Shown piece after piece: positions 29,046 through 39,648 of a DNA stretch of 64,000 bases (positions within the stretch are counted from its first letter, which is position 1; each line of letters starts with the position of its first letter). The notes under the pieces were generated by a model. The model saw only the letters and a list, made by a program, of their open reading frames with translations, made no database searches and had not been told where the DNA came from. The position numbers and the translations under genes are program-made. The stretch is taken from the NCBI GenBank assembly GCA_963762565.1, contig CAVXLD010000012.1:32001-96000 (forward strand), in the 5' to 3' direction. The DNA comes from an uncultured Verrucomicrobiae bacterium (GTDB lineage: Bacteria > Verrucomicrobiota > Verrucomicrobiia > Chthoniobacterales > JAFAMB01).

Positions 29046-30176
29046 ATGCGCTTTACACAAACCCCCGTCCTCCGGAAATTCTCGATCGCGCTTTTAGGCG
29101 CGTTGATCGGCGGATCCACCTATGCGCAACCGGAAACGCCGATGATTAAAGAAGTTAGCGTTGAGATCATCTGTCCGCTTACCGGTCCCAATTCAAAGGT
29201 CCCTACCCTTATGAAAACGCTCGATCTTTGCGGGACCGATTTGGGAATCATGACTGAAGCTGATGGACGCATCTTTTTCGCCTTTGGTGATACCTTCGGT
29301 TATCCCTGTTCGGGACCTGGTGGCCCGAATTGGCGATCTAACACGCTAGGCGCTACAGCAAATCATAATCCGGATAATGGCGTCGAGTTGACGGATTGGC
29401 TCACCAACTCCGACGGCACGGCCAAAGCGATCATCCAAGGCGCTCATCAACCGCCGTTCACCGGCAAACATGGTGAGCAGACCAAAATCCCCACTTCGAT
29501 GGTGACCGTCGGCGGCCGGATCTATCTAGACTACATGTCGGTGCACGGTTTTGCCGCCAAGGGCGGTGTTTGGGACTGCAATTATTCGCAGTTCCTTTAT
29601 TCCGATGACTTCGGGAAGACATGGACCCCTGCCGCAATAAAATTCGGGGACAGCAATTCTAACTTCAACATGTTAGCGCTCACTGATGAAAATGGCTCCG
29701 GCAATGAACTTACCCGGTATGCGTATGCCATCGGGACACCATGCGGCCGCTTTGGTGATGCCAAGTGCGGCCGAGTCATTAAGGAGAATGTGCTCGACCC
29801 TGGCGCCTGGGAATATTATGTGGCCGGGAAAGACCCCGCACATACTTGGACCCCGGACCGGTCTGCGGCATCCGAGGTAATTCCAGCACCGGTCGGAGAA
29901 GGATCGATATTATGGGATCGATGGATTAACCGCTGGCTGTTCACTTATCTCAACGAGAACACGGCTCAGATCGAGCTTCGGGAAGCCCCGAATCCGTGGG
30001 GACCATGGAGTGTCCCGATCGCCTTGGCCACAGCACAACAATTCCCGCAGCTATATGGCGCGTTTATGACCCCGTCGTTTCTTCGGGACTCAGGTAAATC
30101 GTTGTATTTTGTGATGTCGATGTACGGTCCCTACGAGGCGTTCCTGATGAAGGCGGAATTGGAGACGTACCAATAG
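29046..30176 (+). CDS. Secreted DUF4185 domain protein (beta-propeller, GH183-like)
   Basis: Signal peptide; GTDLGI..FAFGDTFG..NWRSN, KIPTS, SDDFGKTW Asp-box, PVGE, PWGPWS, QLYGAFM. Confidence 0.85.
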   Translation: MRFTQTPVLRKFSIALLGALIGGSTYAQPETPMIKEVSVEIICPLTGPNSKVPTLMKTLDLCGTDLGIMTEADGRIFFAFGDTFGYPCSGPGGPNWRSNTLGATANHNPDNGVELTDWLTNSDGTAKAIIQGAHQPPFTGKHGEQTKIPTSMVTVGGRIYLDYMSVHGFAAKGGVWDCNYSQFLYSDDFGKTWTPAAIKFGDSNSNFNMLALTDENGSGNELTRYAYAIGTPCGRFGDAKCGRVIKENVLDPGAWEYYVAGKDPAHTWTPDRSAASEVIPAPVGEGSILWDRWINRWLFTYLNENTAQIELREAPNPWGPWSVPIALATAQQFPQLYGAFMTPSFLRDSGKSLYFVMSMYGPYEAFLMKAELETYQ

Positions 30177-30179
30177 AGG

Positions 30180-30446
30180 AGCTAGGAGCTAGAATCTAGG
30201 AGGGTTCTTTGGTGGGGCGAGGCTCCGGACTAGCCGACAGGACATCGCAGGGCGAGATGGCATTTCATTGACACACAGGATGCAATACCTGAGAGCAGCC
30301 GAGCCGTCGGTCGCACAATCCTCGGCTCGGCAGCTTTTTGATGATGCGCCCGGTCGATCGGTGAACATCATCCTGCCCTGTGACCCTCTCTCGGTCATTC
30401 GGGAGCCTCGCCCCACCAAGAAACAGCCCTACTAGCTCCTAGCTCC
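30180..30446. repeat. REP-like doublet nested in GCTAGGAGCTAG/CTAGCTCCTAGC arms
   Basis: GGTGGGGCGAGGCTCC / GGAGCCTCGCCCCACC perfect inverted arms between convergent genes. Confidence 0.75.
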
Positions 30447-30456
30447 CGGCCTTAAT

Positions 30457-30894
30457 TTACTTCTTGAAACTGACGCGATCGTCCGTCTCCAGGTAGTCAG
30501 CGAGCGTGCTTTTCGCTGGGTCGAGCCCCAACTTGGCGCATTCGCCATCAAACCATTCTCTTTTCTCGGGGTCGCCATGCGGATTGTAAGATTCGACCCC
30601 ATCCGACCATGCCTTCACCTCAGCCGGGCTCTTGGTGGCGCCATGTTTGTTGAACCAAGCCAAGACTTCTTCATCGCTGGCGCCGGACTGCAGCACTCCT
30701 TTGACGTCGTCAGCCTTGACTCCTTTGAAGTCGAACAGGTTCTGATCGAGCGGACAGGCGTAATGATATTCACCGACGGTCCCATTGATGGTCGCGCGGC
30801 CTTTATCAATCATTCGCGCCATCAAGGCATAATCGCCGAGTCGTGTCCGCGGGCTCCGCGGAGCTTCTTTCGTCAGGTCTTTTGTAGCTGGCAT
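30457..30894 (-). CDS. DUF5069 domain protein
   Basis: PRSPRTRLGDYALMARMIDKGRA..GEYHYACPLDQ..YLETDD. Confidence 0.8.
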   Translation of the reverse strand: MPATKDLTKEAPRSPRTRLGDYALMARMIDKGRATINGTVGEYHYACPLDQNLFDFKGVKADDVKGVLQSGASDEEVLAWFNKHGATKSPAEVKAWSDGVESYNPHGDPEKREWFDGECAKLGLDPAKSTLADYLETDDRVSFKK

Positions 30895-31083
30895 AGGTTT
30901 TTGCTCCTTCGACAGAATGTTGTAGGAAAGACGTTCAAAATAAGGCAGCCAAGCAGCCACTTAAACGTCAATCGTCGTTAATACAGCACTTGCTGTTTAA
31001 GGTGTCAAATTACTGAACGCTTCAACACGAGCAGCAACTCTTACTCGTTTGAGTATAATCCCGATAAGCAGGTTGGCGCTCTT

Positions 31084-31518
31084 ATGAAATATCGGATCCG
31101 TCCCGTCGTTGCGGAGGATGCCGCTCATCTGGTTAGCCTGGTTGCCCAGCTTGGTTATCCTGCGACGGCAGACTTTATCCTGGAGAAGTTGGATCAGCTC
31201 TCTGCGACCCCCGGAACCGAAATTCTTGTCGCCGAGGAGGAGGGTGAGGTAATCGGCCTGCTATGCTTTTCAATCCTCCCTCTCCTACACGTCAGTGGAG
31301 GCCTGGGTCGCATTAGCGCGTTAGTGGTCGCCTCTCAGTTCAAAGGGCGCGGCATCGGCAAAAGTTTAGTGGCGGAAGCGGAAGAGTTCGCTTGGGAGAA
31401 CGGTTGCGCCCGGATTGAGATCACGAGCGGCGAACACCGAGCGGATGCTCACGCCTTCTATGAAGCGGTCGGCTACACGCAAGATAGCCGGAGGTTCATC
31501 AAGCACCGGCCCGGCTAG
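31084..31518 (+). CDS. GNAT family N-acetyltransferase
   Basis: RISALVV..KGRGIGKSL..AHAFYEAVGY. Confidence 0.92.
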   Translation: MKYRIRPVVAEDAAHLVSLVAQLGYPATADFILEKLDQLSATPGTEILVAEEEGEVIGLLCFSILPLLHVSGGLGRISALVVASQFKGRGIGKSLVAEAEEFAWENGCARIEITSGEHRADAHAFYEAVGYTQDSRRFIKHRPG

Positions 31519-31545
31519 ATACTTGCCATTCGCTCCTGTTTGAGC

Positions 31546-31941
31546 CTACGCCCTGGAACCCGCTCCGCGCAGATTCGGTTGTGGTCGTGACGACTCAACT
31601 AATCCGCCGGCTTCTAGCCAGTTCTGAAGGCCGCCCTTAAGTGAGAAAACCTTCTGGTATCCTAGCCGTCTCAGCGTCTCGGTAGCCGAAGCACAAGAGC
31701 TCCCAACCGCACAATAAATCACGATAGGCCTGTCGAACTCCCGCGCGATCTCGAGCACTTTGCTCTGTAGCGTATTCCGACCGACATGCAGCGCGCCTTC
31801 GATATGCCCGACGAGATATTCGCGTTCGTCGCGGATATCGATGACTAAAGGGTGCGGTTTCATGCGCGCCAACTGATGGGGCTCTATTTCACGAATCCCG
31901 GTTTCATGTTCCGTACGGGTTATGAGCGATAGCAGCTTCAT
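31546..31941 (-). CDS. Rhodanese-like domain protein
   Basis: VIDIRDEREY..GHIEGA..IVIYCAVG..SLKGGLQNW. Confidence 0.9.
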   Translation of the reverse strand: MKLLSLITRTEHETGIREIEPHQLARMKPHPLVIDIRDEREYLVGHIEGALHVGRNTLQSKVLEIAREFDRPIVIYCAVGSSCASATETLRRLGYQKVFSLKGGLQNWLEAGGLVESSRPQPNLRGAGSRA

Positions 31942-32463
31942 CGGTATTGCCTCCGGAGGTTCGGCGCTTCGGGCCAATTTTAAAGCACCCTAGATCAGTA
32001 TCCTTACCGATTAAGTAGACTTTGCAAGCTCTTTCTGATTGCGAATCCACGGCAGACCCAGAATTCAACCGCAGACAAGCTGCAGATTTACGCAGATGAA
32101 GAATCGAAGGCGCCACGCACGCGCGCGAATAGACACGGATGGTCCGACATTTGCCTCGCGCAAGCAAAAATGCGCACGACGTGGGGAGGGCGCGCAGCCT
32201 GTCCGACGTAGCCCACGGTCTTTCGCGTGTTTTTAGATTCGCTCGGCGAAGTCGGATCCCCGTGCGCCGCGAACCGGTCAATCACTTTGGACGTAACCTC
32301 ACGCTGGATCGGCTCTGTCGTGGGCTTCGGGAACAACGGATCGCGAGGATCCGACGTCGCCAACGCTTGTAAGAAAGGCCTGCAGACAGAAGGCTATCTC
32401 GGACAGGCAGCGATCCCTCCCAGCGATAGCCGCATTTTCCATACGAGGACGATTACGGAATGC

Positions 32464-33015
32464 CTACAGCGTTAGCCGCTCCAACAGGCGCTCTCCTTCC
32501 GGCCAGGGACCATAGCCGGAGTCGGTGTTGATGTGGCCTGCGGATTCTAGAATGACAAGTTCACTGCCCCAGCTGGCTGCAAACCGGTTTGCGCGTTCGA
32601 GGGTAACAAAAGGGTCATTCGTACTGACAACCGCGACCGACCTAAAAGGCAACCGGTCAAGTGGGTACGGTGCAAATCCTGTAGGACCGACTGGGATAGT
32701 CTCGGCTTCGACATCCGGAGGCGAAACCAGGAGTGCAGCCGCTACCCGCTTGTTTCCGCTACCGGCGCCGGCAGCCCAATGGATGACAGCTGCACATCCC
32801 ATACTATGGGCGACGAGCACAACCGGCGAATCGGCAGCCGCAATCGCCGTCTCAAGATTTTTTGCCCAATCCGAACATCGTGGATGCTGCCACTCATCCT
32901 GTTGCACCCGCCGGTATTCAGGATGGCGCGCCTCCCATAAAGATTGCCAATGCGTGGGACCAGAGTCACCTAGTCCTGGAATCATCAATACAGAACGGGG
33001 TGATCGTACATTCAT
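32464..33015 (-). CDS. RBBP9/YdeN family alpha/beta hydrolase
   Basis: PGLGDSGPTHWQ, VAHSMG, STNDPF, AGHIN..GYGPWPEG. Confidence 0.92.
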   Translation of the reverse strand: MNVRSPRSVLMIPGLGDSGPTHWQSLWEARHPEYRRVQQDEWQHPRCSDWAKNLETAIAAADSPVVLVAHSMGCAAVIHWAAGAGSGNKRVAAALLVSPPDVEAETIPVGPTGFAPYPLDRLPFRSVAVVSTNDPFVTLERANRFAASWGSELVILESAGHINTDSGYGPWPEGERLLERLTL

Positions 33016-33062
33016 TCTTTGTTCAACAGCCGGTCATTCTCGGAAAAAGCCCGGTCGAAACT

Positions 33063-33911
33063 TCAATTCACATTATTGTGGGTAAGAATCTGGGCCACCG
33101 CTCGCGCGACACCGCCCTCATCATTTGAACCTACAACCGAATCTGCGGCCGCCTTCACTCGGTCTGACGCATTGCCCATGGCGAAGGCTAACCCGACTGC
33201 GCTCAACATCTCCAGATCGTTCGGGGCATCACCGATGCCGGCGACTTGCGACAGTTCCAATCCGAGTGCATCTGCTAAAATCGATAACGCCTTGGCTTTG
33301 TTTACCCCGATCGGAAGGATTTCCAGATAGTTCGGTTTGGAAAAAGCCGCGCCGACCGCCGCTCCAACCACTGCCGCGATTTGCGGAAGGGTGCTAGGAG
33401 CCTCCTCCAGGCTGCTGATGAGCATGATTTTGCTGGGTTCTTCGTTGTTCCCAAGCAATTTGTCAGTCACAACGGGCCGCTGATTGAGGATTGCGCATTC
33501 CTCCGAAATTTCGTCGGTCAAAGCTCTGACCCGCCAGCTCTCCGGCGTTAAGACGTTCGGCTCGACCTTGTGAGCCAACGCCGTTGCTATTACCGAGCGC
33601 GCAACATCGCCCGGCATCCGTCGATCAAGCAAAACGTATTTTGGCTCCAACGATTGCGGATCGAGCTCGCCGATCCAAGCACCGGAAAAACAGATTAACT
33701 TAGGCGAAAAATCGAATTGGCGGACAATATCGCGGACCGCCTGCGGACCACGCGCGGTCGCCAAAACAACCTGTACCCCAGACCCCGCCAAACGGCAGAC
33801 CGCATCTCGAACCTCAGCTCCCAACCGATGTGAGCTATCCAGAAGCGTCCCATCCACATCAATTGCAAACAACCGAACCGCAGATTTTCGTGATGCTGGC
33901 TCATTTATCAT
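33063..33911 (-). CDS. Cof-type HAD-IIB hydrolase
   Basis: DVDGTLL, ATAR, GVNKA, GDAPNDLEML. Confidence 0.93.
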   Translation of the reverse strand: MINEPASRKSAVRLFAIDVDGTLLDSSHRLGAEVRDAVCRLAGSGVQVVLATARGPQAVRDIVRQFDFSPKLICFSGAWIGELDPQSLEPKYVLLDRRMPGDVARSVIATALAHKVEPNVLTPESWRVRALTDEISEECAILNQRPVVTDKLLGNNEEPSKIMLISSLEEAPSTLPQIAAVVGAAVGAAFSKPNYLEILPIGVNKAKALSILADALGLELSQVAGIGDAPNDLEMLSAVGLAFAMGNASDRVKAAADSVVGSNDEGGVARAVAQILTHNNVN

Positions 33912-33943
33912 CTGAACCTCCCTTACCCTGCTGCCGGAAACCG

Positions 33944-34237
33944 ATCCACAGATTAAAGAAGTTTAAATATCCGCAGATTACACAGCCCCGAAAGTCTCCG
34001 GGGTAAAATTACGCAGATTTCGGTTTCGAGGACGATCCGATCGCTGGGCTAAAGGAGACTGCTTCCTCGTCTCACGCGCCGCGACTTCGCGGCCAAAGAT
34101 GCACACGCGAAAGTTAGGAACCTTGTACCGTGATATGAGGATGCGGCATTTTATAGTCGCCAGTTCAGATCAACCCAAAACCGAAATCTGCGTAATCTGC
34201 GTAATCTGCGGATCTTTAAACTTATTAATCTGCGGAT
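33944..34237. repeat. Nested CGCAGATTA/TAATCTGCG inverted repeats with inserted mini-hairpin
   Basis: ATCCGCAGATTACACAG..ATTACGCAGATTTCGGTTT mirrored by AAACCGAAATCTGCGTAATCTGCGTAATCTGCGGAT. Confidence 0.75.
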
Positions 34238-35367
34238 CAGACGTTCTCCCACTTCTTCGAACTAGCCGAACGCAGCACTGCATCGACCACCTTCTCGGTC
34301 TCTAAGGCGGATTCAAAGGTCGGTTCGGCCGGGATTTTCTCGTCCAAGGAGTTTACGAAATCTGCGACCTGATGAATGAACGAGTGTTCGTATCCAATTG
34401 AGAGACCGGGCACCCACCAATTGGCCATGTAAGGATGATCTCCGTCGGTGACATGAATCGAACGCCAGCCGCGCATAGCGCCTTCGTCTTTATGATCAAA
34501 CCATTCGAGCCGGTGGAGATCGTGAAGGTCCCAGGCGATCGAACCGTGTTCGCCGTTGATCTCGAGCGTATAAAGCGCCTTATGACCTCGAGCGTATCGC
34601 GTCGCTTCGAACGTAGCGAGTGACCCGTTCTTAAACCGGCCCAAGAAAGCGCTGGCGTCATCGATGCCGACCTCGGTCATTTTGCCGGTCATCTGATGCT
34701 GGCGTTCCTTGATGAAAGTCTCAGTCATGGCTGAGACAGATTCAACTTCTCCGTTCAACCAAATCGCGGTATCGATGCAATGAGCCAATAGATCCCCGGT
34801 TACGCCACTACCGGCCACATCCACATCTAGTCGCCACAAAGCGGCGCCTCCTTGCGGAACCGCAGCGGAGATCGTCCAATCCTGCAGAAACTTTGCCCGA
34901 TAATGGAAGATCCGTCCAAGCTTTCCGGACCCAATGATTTGCTTCGCTAACGTAACCGCTGGGATCCGGCGGTAGTTATACCAGACCATGGTCCGGGTTC
35001 CGGCTTTTTTGGCCGCATCGACCATCTGCTGTGATTCGGCCAGATTACGCGCCAAGGGTTTTTCGCATAAGACCATTTTTCCTGCCTCGAGCGCCGCGAT
35101 GGCAATCTCAGCATGTGTATCATTCGGGCTCGCAATATCGACAACCTCAATCGCAGGATCCTCAATCAGTTTTCTCCAATCTGAATAATGAGATTCGTAG
35201 CCCCATTTGTGAGCGAATTGTTTAACTTTGTCCGCGTCTCGCGCAGCAACCGCCTTTAGAACCGGTTGATATTTGAGATCAAAGAATTGGCTAACGGTCA
35301 GGTACGCATTCGAATGCGCACGTCCCATAAAGCCATAGCCGATCAAGCCGATGTTCAGTTTTTTCAT
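34237..35367 (-). CDS. Gfo/Idh/MocA oxidoreductase
   Basis: [28 protein letters not shown]. Confidence 0.95.
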   Translation of the reverse strand: MKKLNIGLIGYGFMGRAHSNAYLTVSQFFDLKYQPVLKAVAARDADKVKQFAHKWGYESHYSDWRKLIEDPAIEVVDIASPNDTHAEIAIAALEAGKMVLCEKPLARNLAESQQMVDAAKKAGTRTMVWYNYRRIPAVTLAKQIIGSGKLGRIFHYRAKFLQDWTISAAVPQGGAALWRLDVDVAGSGVTGDLLAHCIDTAIWLNGEVESVSAMTETFIKERQHQMTGKMTEVGIDDASAFLGRFKNGSLATFEATRYARGHKALYTLEINGEHGSIAWDLHDLHRLEWFDHKDEGAMRGWRSIHVTDGDHPYMANWWVPGLSIGYEHSFIHQVADFVNSLDEKIPAEPTFESALETEKVVDAVLRSASSKKWENV

Positions 35368-35423
35368 GTGAAGGAATTCGGGAGGGCGCGCGTCCTCGCG
35401 CGCTTAGAGTTTCACCACGCCCA

Positions 35424-36461
35424 TCATTCCACCCACCCATGCGCCTCGCGCACCGAAACCATGGTCTGCAGAATAGAATCCCACGTCTCGGGCTTGAGCA
35501 TCACCTCGTTCGGGAACATGCAACCATCCCAGCAAATGTGTTGGAATGCCTTGGTCAGGTTTCCTTTCTCATCGCGCAACCAATAACCGGCGTCCCGCGC
35601 TACGTTCAGCTTCCCGTTTGGATCATCCGGTAAACAATGACGTCCGGTCTTATCATGAGAACCGCTCCCTTTTACGGTGGCATCGTTTTGCGCGACATGG
35701 AAGTCAATGGTCCACGGCCGGAGTGCACGCGTCATGGTCTTCAAGGCCTCTTGCACCTTGCTATTGTCCTGCCAGTCAAACCCGGGCGGCAAAATCGCGT
35801 CTTGCGGAGCGTTGTAACCCAAGGTGTAAAGGAGGGTATGCGCCATATCGGCTTGGAACCCGAGCGTTTGAGGTCTGTCTACCAATTCCAACAACTCAAG
35901 CATCCGTTTCCAACTATGCATCCCACCCCAACAGATCTCGCCTTCGGCTGCTAATCGCTCTCCATCACCCTCAGCAATATCGCAGCACTCTCGAAAAGTC
36001 GCTGCGATCTTCTCCGACGCTTCAGGGTCATTCGTCCAAGTCTCGGGATCGGTAGCGGAATCGACTCGGACGACACCGTACGGTCTAATCCCCAGTTCTT
36101 TTAGCTTCTTCGCGATCCGGCTCGCTTTCGTGACCTGTTCTACGAAGCGTTGGCGCTCGTCCGGCTTCCCCATAGCGGAACCACCTCCCGTCGGAGGCCA
36201 TACCGGCGCGATTACTGTGCCGGCTACGAGGTTCTTTGAAGCCAATTTATCAGCCAAGCGTTTGAGATCGTCATCGCTCGAATCGATGCTGATATGGGGA
36301 TCGGCAAGAAACAGATCCACGCCTTCAAATCGGACACCACCGCTTTCGGCGCCAGTCGTCAGATTCAGCATCGTATCTAGATCAATAAACGGTTCAGACC
36401 CAGGACCCTTGCCGACGAGTCCGGGCCACATAGCGTTGTGTAACTTGGGAAAATTATTCAT
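35424..36461 (-). CDS. Xylose-isomerase-like TIM barrel (sugar phosphate isomerase/epimerase)
   Basis: [27 protein letters not shown] metal-site pattern. Confidence 0.85.
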   Translation of the reverse strand: MNNFPKLHNAMWPGLVGKGPGSEPFIDLDTMLNLTTGAESGGVRFEGVDLFLADPHISIDSSDDDLKRLADKLASKNLVAGTVIAPVWPPTGGGSAMGKPDERQRFVEQVTKASRIAKKLKELGIRPYGVVRVDSATDPETWTNDPEASEKIAATFRECCDIAEGDGERLAAEGEICWGGMHSWKRMLELLELVDRPQTLGFQADMAHTLLYTLGYNAPQDAILPPGFDWQDNSKVQEALKTMTRALRPWTIDFHVAQNDATVKGSGSHDKTGRHCLPDDPNGKLNVARDAGYWLRDEKGNLTKAFQHICWDGCMFPNEVMLKPETWDSILQTMVSVREAHGWVE

Positions 36462-37062
36462 GACATGACATCAGTGCCCGGGTTCCGGAACAGCGGCTCC
36501 CAGCTCCGCCGCCGCTTCGCTATGCCGCGACAGGGATGCAGCAACCGCCGTCTTCGCTGAATCGAGGGTTCGTTCTTGGTTATTGGATGGGGGGCGGAAA
36601 CGGGGGCTGACTTTCATCAGCGCGCACCGCGGTTCGACACTAACCTCGCCCCGGTTTCATCACAAGCTCCACCTTCGCCGAACCTTCCGCCTTCGTCCCT
36701 TATTCCCAGAACTATGGCGGGACAAGTCGGTGCGACCAGTCCAGGCGGGTTTATTTCTGGTCGCGAAATAATTACGGCTTCGGCTTTTCAATTTTATTCG
36801 AATCTGGTTCTAATCGAAGTAGGTTTGCAAATTGCCACGGTGCCGGAGCTATCCGCACTGGTATTCGCGTTAACCCCCCTTCGAACAATGACGATCAAGA
36901 CCGCAGCCCGTCGGTGCGCCTGTCTCATCGGCGGCCCTGCTTACCACAGCCTCGCTAGCGAGGCACGCTCCACGGGTGGCGACCCCTCATTCCGCGGGCG
37001 CCGGGCCGCTACCAACGGACAACCGCGAAGGGCACCCCGCCAACCGTGAACGTTGCCATTCG

Positions 37063-38547
37063 ATGAGCGAAATCCTTCGACTAAGAAACATCTCGAAAAC
37101 ATTCCCGGGCGTGGTGGCTTTGCAGAACATCTCGTTCGATCTGCACGAGGGCGAGGTGCATTGTTTATGCGGCGAGAATGGCGCCGGTAAATCGACCCTG
37201 ATAAAGATCCTCTCCGGCGCATATCAACCGGACGAGGGCGGTGAAATTTTCTTTGAGGGAAAGCCGGTGGTTCTCAGTCCGCGCTTGGCTATGAGCCTGG
37301 GCATCCAAACGATTTATCAAGAGCATGTCGTCTTCGAGACGCTCAGCGCGATGGAAAATATTTTCGCCGGCGCCGAGATCGTAAAAAGAGGGTTCCTGCA
37401 AAAAGGAGAAATGAGGCGGCAGACCTTGGGGGTTTTGAAATACCTCAAGAGCGATCTCAGCCCGGACGCAAAGATCGGCGACCTAAATAGCAGCGGGCAG
37501 AAAATTGTGGAGATCGCGAAAGGACTCATTTTCAAACGGAGAGCCATTATTCTCGACGAGCCAACGGCTTCGCTTACCTCCGCAGAGATCGAGAACCTGC
37601 TCGACATCGTAGAAACCGTTAAGAATAGCGGTCTGGGAATCATCTACATCTCTCATCACCTGGAAGAGGTATTTAAGATTGGAGACCGGGTCACAGTATT
37701 GCGAGATGGACGCAAAGTGAGCCAGCACGACATCGCCGGCCTGACCAAAACTACTTTGATCAAGGACATGGTCGGACGCGACCCATCCACTTTTTACCGG
37801 CGCGAAAAAGTGCCTATCGGCGAGGTCGTATTCGAAGCCAGAGCAGTCACCGGCAACGGCGCTCGAGACATCTCCTTTACCCTGCGCCGAGGCGAGATTC
37901 TGGGCATCGCCGGCATGGCGGGTTCAGGTCGCTCCGAGCTAATGAACGTCCTGTTCGGGAGCGCACGCCTCGACTTCGGCGAAATCTTAATCAACGGAAA
38001 AGTTGTCAAACAGTCGACCCCGCAGAAAGCCATCCGAAATAAGATGTGTTTCATCACGGAAGACCGGCAGAACACCGGGCTTTTTCTTCCCCAAACGATC
38101 GCGCAGAACGTCACCATTGCGAACCTGGTGAACACCCGGGAATTCGTTGTTCATAGCCGGGAGGATGCTGAGATCGGAGACAAGTTTGTTAAACAGCTCG
38201 CGATTAAGACACCGAATTCACAGACCCGGGTAGTTGAATTGTCCGGCGGCAATCAGCAAAAGGTTGTGTTGGCGAAATGGTTTAACACCAACGGCGAGAT
38301 CTTCATTTTTGACGAGCCAACCTTGGGTATCGACGTCGGCTCCAAGCAGGAGATCTACAGGTTGATGGTCGAACTGTTGAGGCAAGGCAAAGCCATCATC
38401 ATGGTTTCTTCCGATATGCCCGAGGTAATCTCGATGAGCGATCGCGTCATTGTGATGAAGAACGGAGAGAAGATGGCGGAACTGACTGCCGAGGAGATTT
38501 CGGAAGAGAACATCCTGACCTACTCGATTGGACACAAGGAAATATGA
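37063..38547 (+). CDS. Sugar ABC transporter ATP-binding protein (CUT2, two NBDs)
   Basis: GENGAGKST, ILDEPT, LSGGNQQKV, DEPTLGIDVG. Confidence 0.96.
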   Translation: MSEILRLRNISKTFPGVVALQNISFDLHEGEVHCLCGENGAGKSTLIKILSGAYQPDEGGEIFFEGKPVVLSPRLAMSLGIQTIYQEHVVFETLSAMENIFAGAEIVKRGFLQKGEMRRQTLGVLKYLKSDLSPDAKIGDLNSSGQKIVEIAKGLIFKRRAIILDEPTASLTSAEIENLLDIVETVKNSGLGIIYISHHLEEVFKIGDRVTVLRDGRKVSQHDIAGLTKTTLIKDMVGRDPSTFYRREKVPIGEVVFEARAVTGNGARDISFTLRRGEILGIAGMAGSGRSELMNVLFGSARLDFGEILINGKVVKQSTPQKAIRNKMCFITEDRQNTGLFLPQTIAQNVTIANLVNTREFVVHSREDAEIGDKFVKQLAIKTPNSQTRVVELSGGNQQKVVLAKWFNTNGEIFIFDEPTLGIDVGSKQEIYRLMVELLRQGKAIIMVSSDMPEVISMSDRVIVMKNGEKMAELTAEEISEENILTYSIGHKEI

Positions 38548-39638
38548 GCGAGCCTGCGAAACGCCAATCTCTCTTCCAGCGACACGAGAATTTGAGAGTG
38601 TTGTCGATCTTTATCGGGTTCGCCATCATCATCGTCCTGTTACAATTGATAACGGAGGGGACAAACCGATTCCCGACGTTTATCAGCCCCGTAAATCTGC
38701 TGAACATCCTACAGCAAGTCGGTGTCCCGGGAATCGTCGCGGTTGGCATGACGATCGTGATGATCTCGGGGGGGATTGATCTCTCAGTCGGGATGCTGGC
38801 TTCGCTCGTCTCTATCGTGACGGCAACCGGGATATCAAAGTGGCATATCGGAGTTGTGCCTTCCATCCTGGCCGGAATCCTGACCGCGGTCGTCCTGGAG
38901 ACCATCATGGGCTACATCATTTCGCGCACTAAGGTGGAGCCTTTCATTATCACGCTCGGCGGCATGATCACATTTCAGGGAATGGCGCTCTTGCTCTGCA
39001 ATTCGCGCGAGGTGATCATGAATCGAGAGCTGGACTTTTTGAAGGTGAACTTGATTCAGGGAGCCAGAGATCCGTTCAACCATCTCAGCCTGATCATCCC
39101 GCCCTACGTCCTGATCTTCTTCCTGATCGCGCTGCTCGGCGGGTTGCTTCTGAACTATACGAAATACGGCCGGGGAGTCTATGCGGTCGGCACTAACCCC
39201 CAAGCAGCTTACCTCGCCGGTATCAACGTCCAGAACGTGAAGCTCTCGGTTTACATCATCATGGGTTTGCTGGTGGGTATTGGCGCGGTCATGCTCCTGG
39301 CGCGAGTCAACACCGGCATTATCACCCTTGGACAAGGCCTGGAGATCGACAGTATCGCGATGGTGGTTATTGGAGGAACCGCGCTCAAAGGCGGCAAAGG
39401 TAATATCGTGGGCACCTTGATCGGCGTTTTCTTTCTGGGATCGATCGGCAACGCCATGAACATGCTGCGTTTACCGTCCGAAGTGCAATTCGTTGCCAAA
39501 GGGCTCGTAGTGATCATCGCGGTATCAGCAGGGGATGTCTCGACCAGAATTTCTGGGTTCCTATCAAGGAGGAAGGAGCTGCGTTGGCGCGCAGAACAAC
39601 GGGCAGCGAAAGGAGAAAGTGTGGAGTCGACAAAATAG
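38544..39638 (+). CDS. Sugar ABC transporter permease
   Basis: GGIDLSVG, PFIITLG, GRGVYAVG.N..AAYLAGI, IAMVVIGG. Confidence 0.95.
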   Translation: MSEPAKRQSLFQRHENLRVLSIFIGFAIIIVLLQLITEGTNRFPTFISPVNLLNILQQVGVPGIVAVGMTIVMISGGIDLSVGMLASLVSIVTATGISKWHIGVVPSILAGILTAVVLETIMGYIISRTKVEPFIITLGGMITFQGMALLLCNSREVIMNRELDFLKVNLIQGARDPFNHLSLIIPPYVLIFFLIALLGGLLLNYTKYGRGVYAVGTNPQAAYLAGINVQNVKLSVYIIMGLLVGIGAVMLLARVNTGIITLGQGLEIDSIAMVVIGGTALKGGKGNIVGTLIGVFFLGSIGNAMNMLRLPSEVQFVAKGLVVIIAVSAGDVSTRISGFLSRRKELRWRAEQRAAKGESVESTK

Positions 39639-39648
39639 CAAAATAAGA

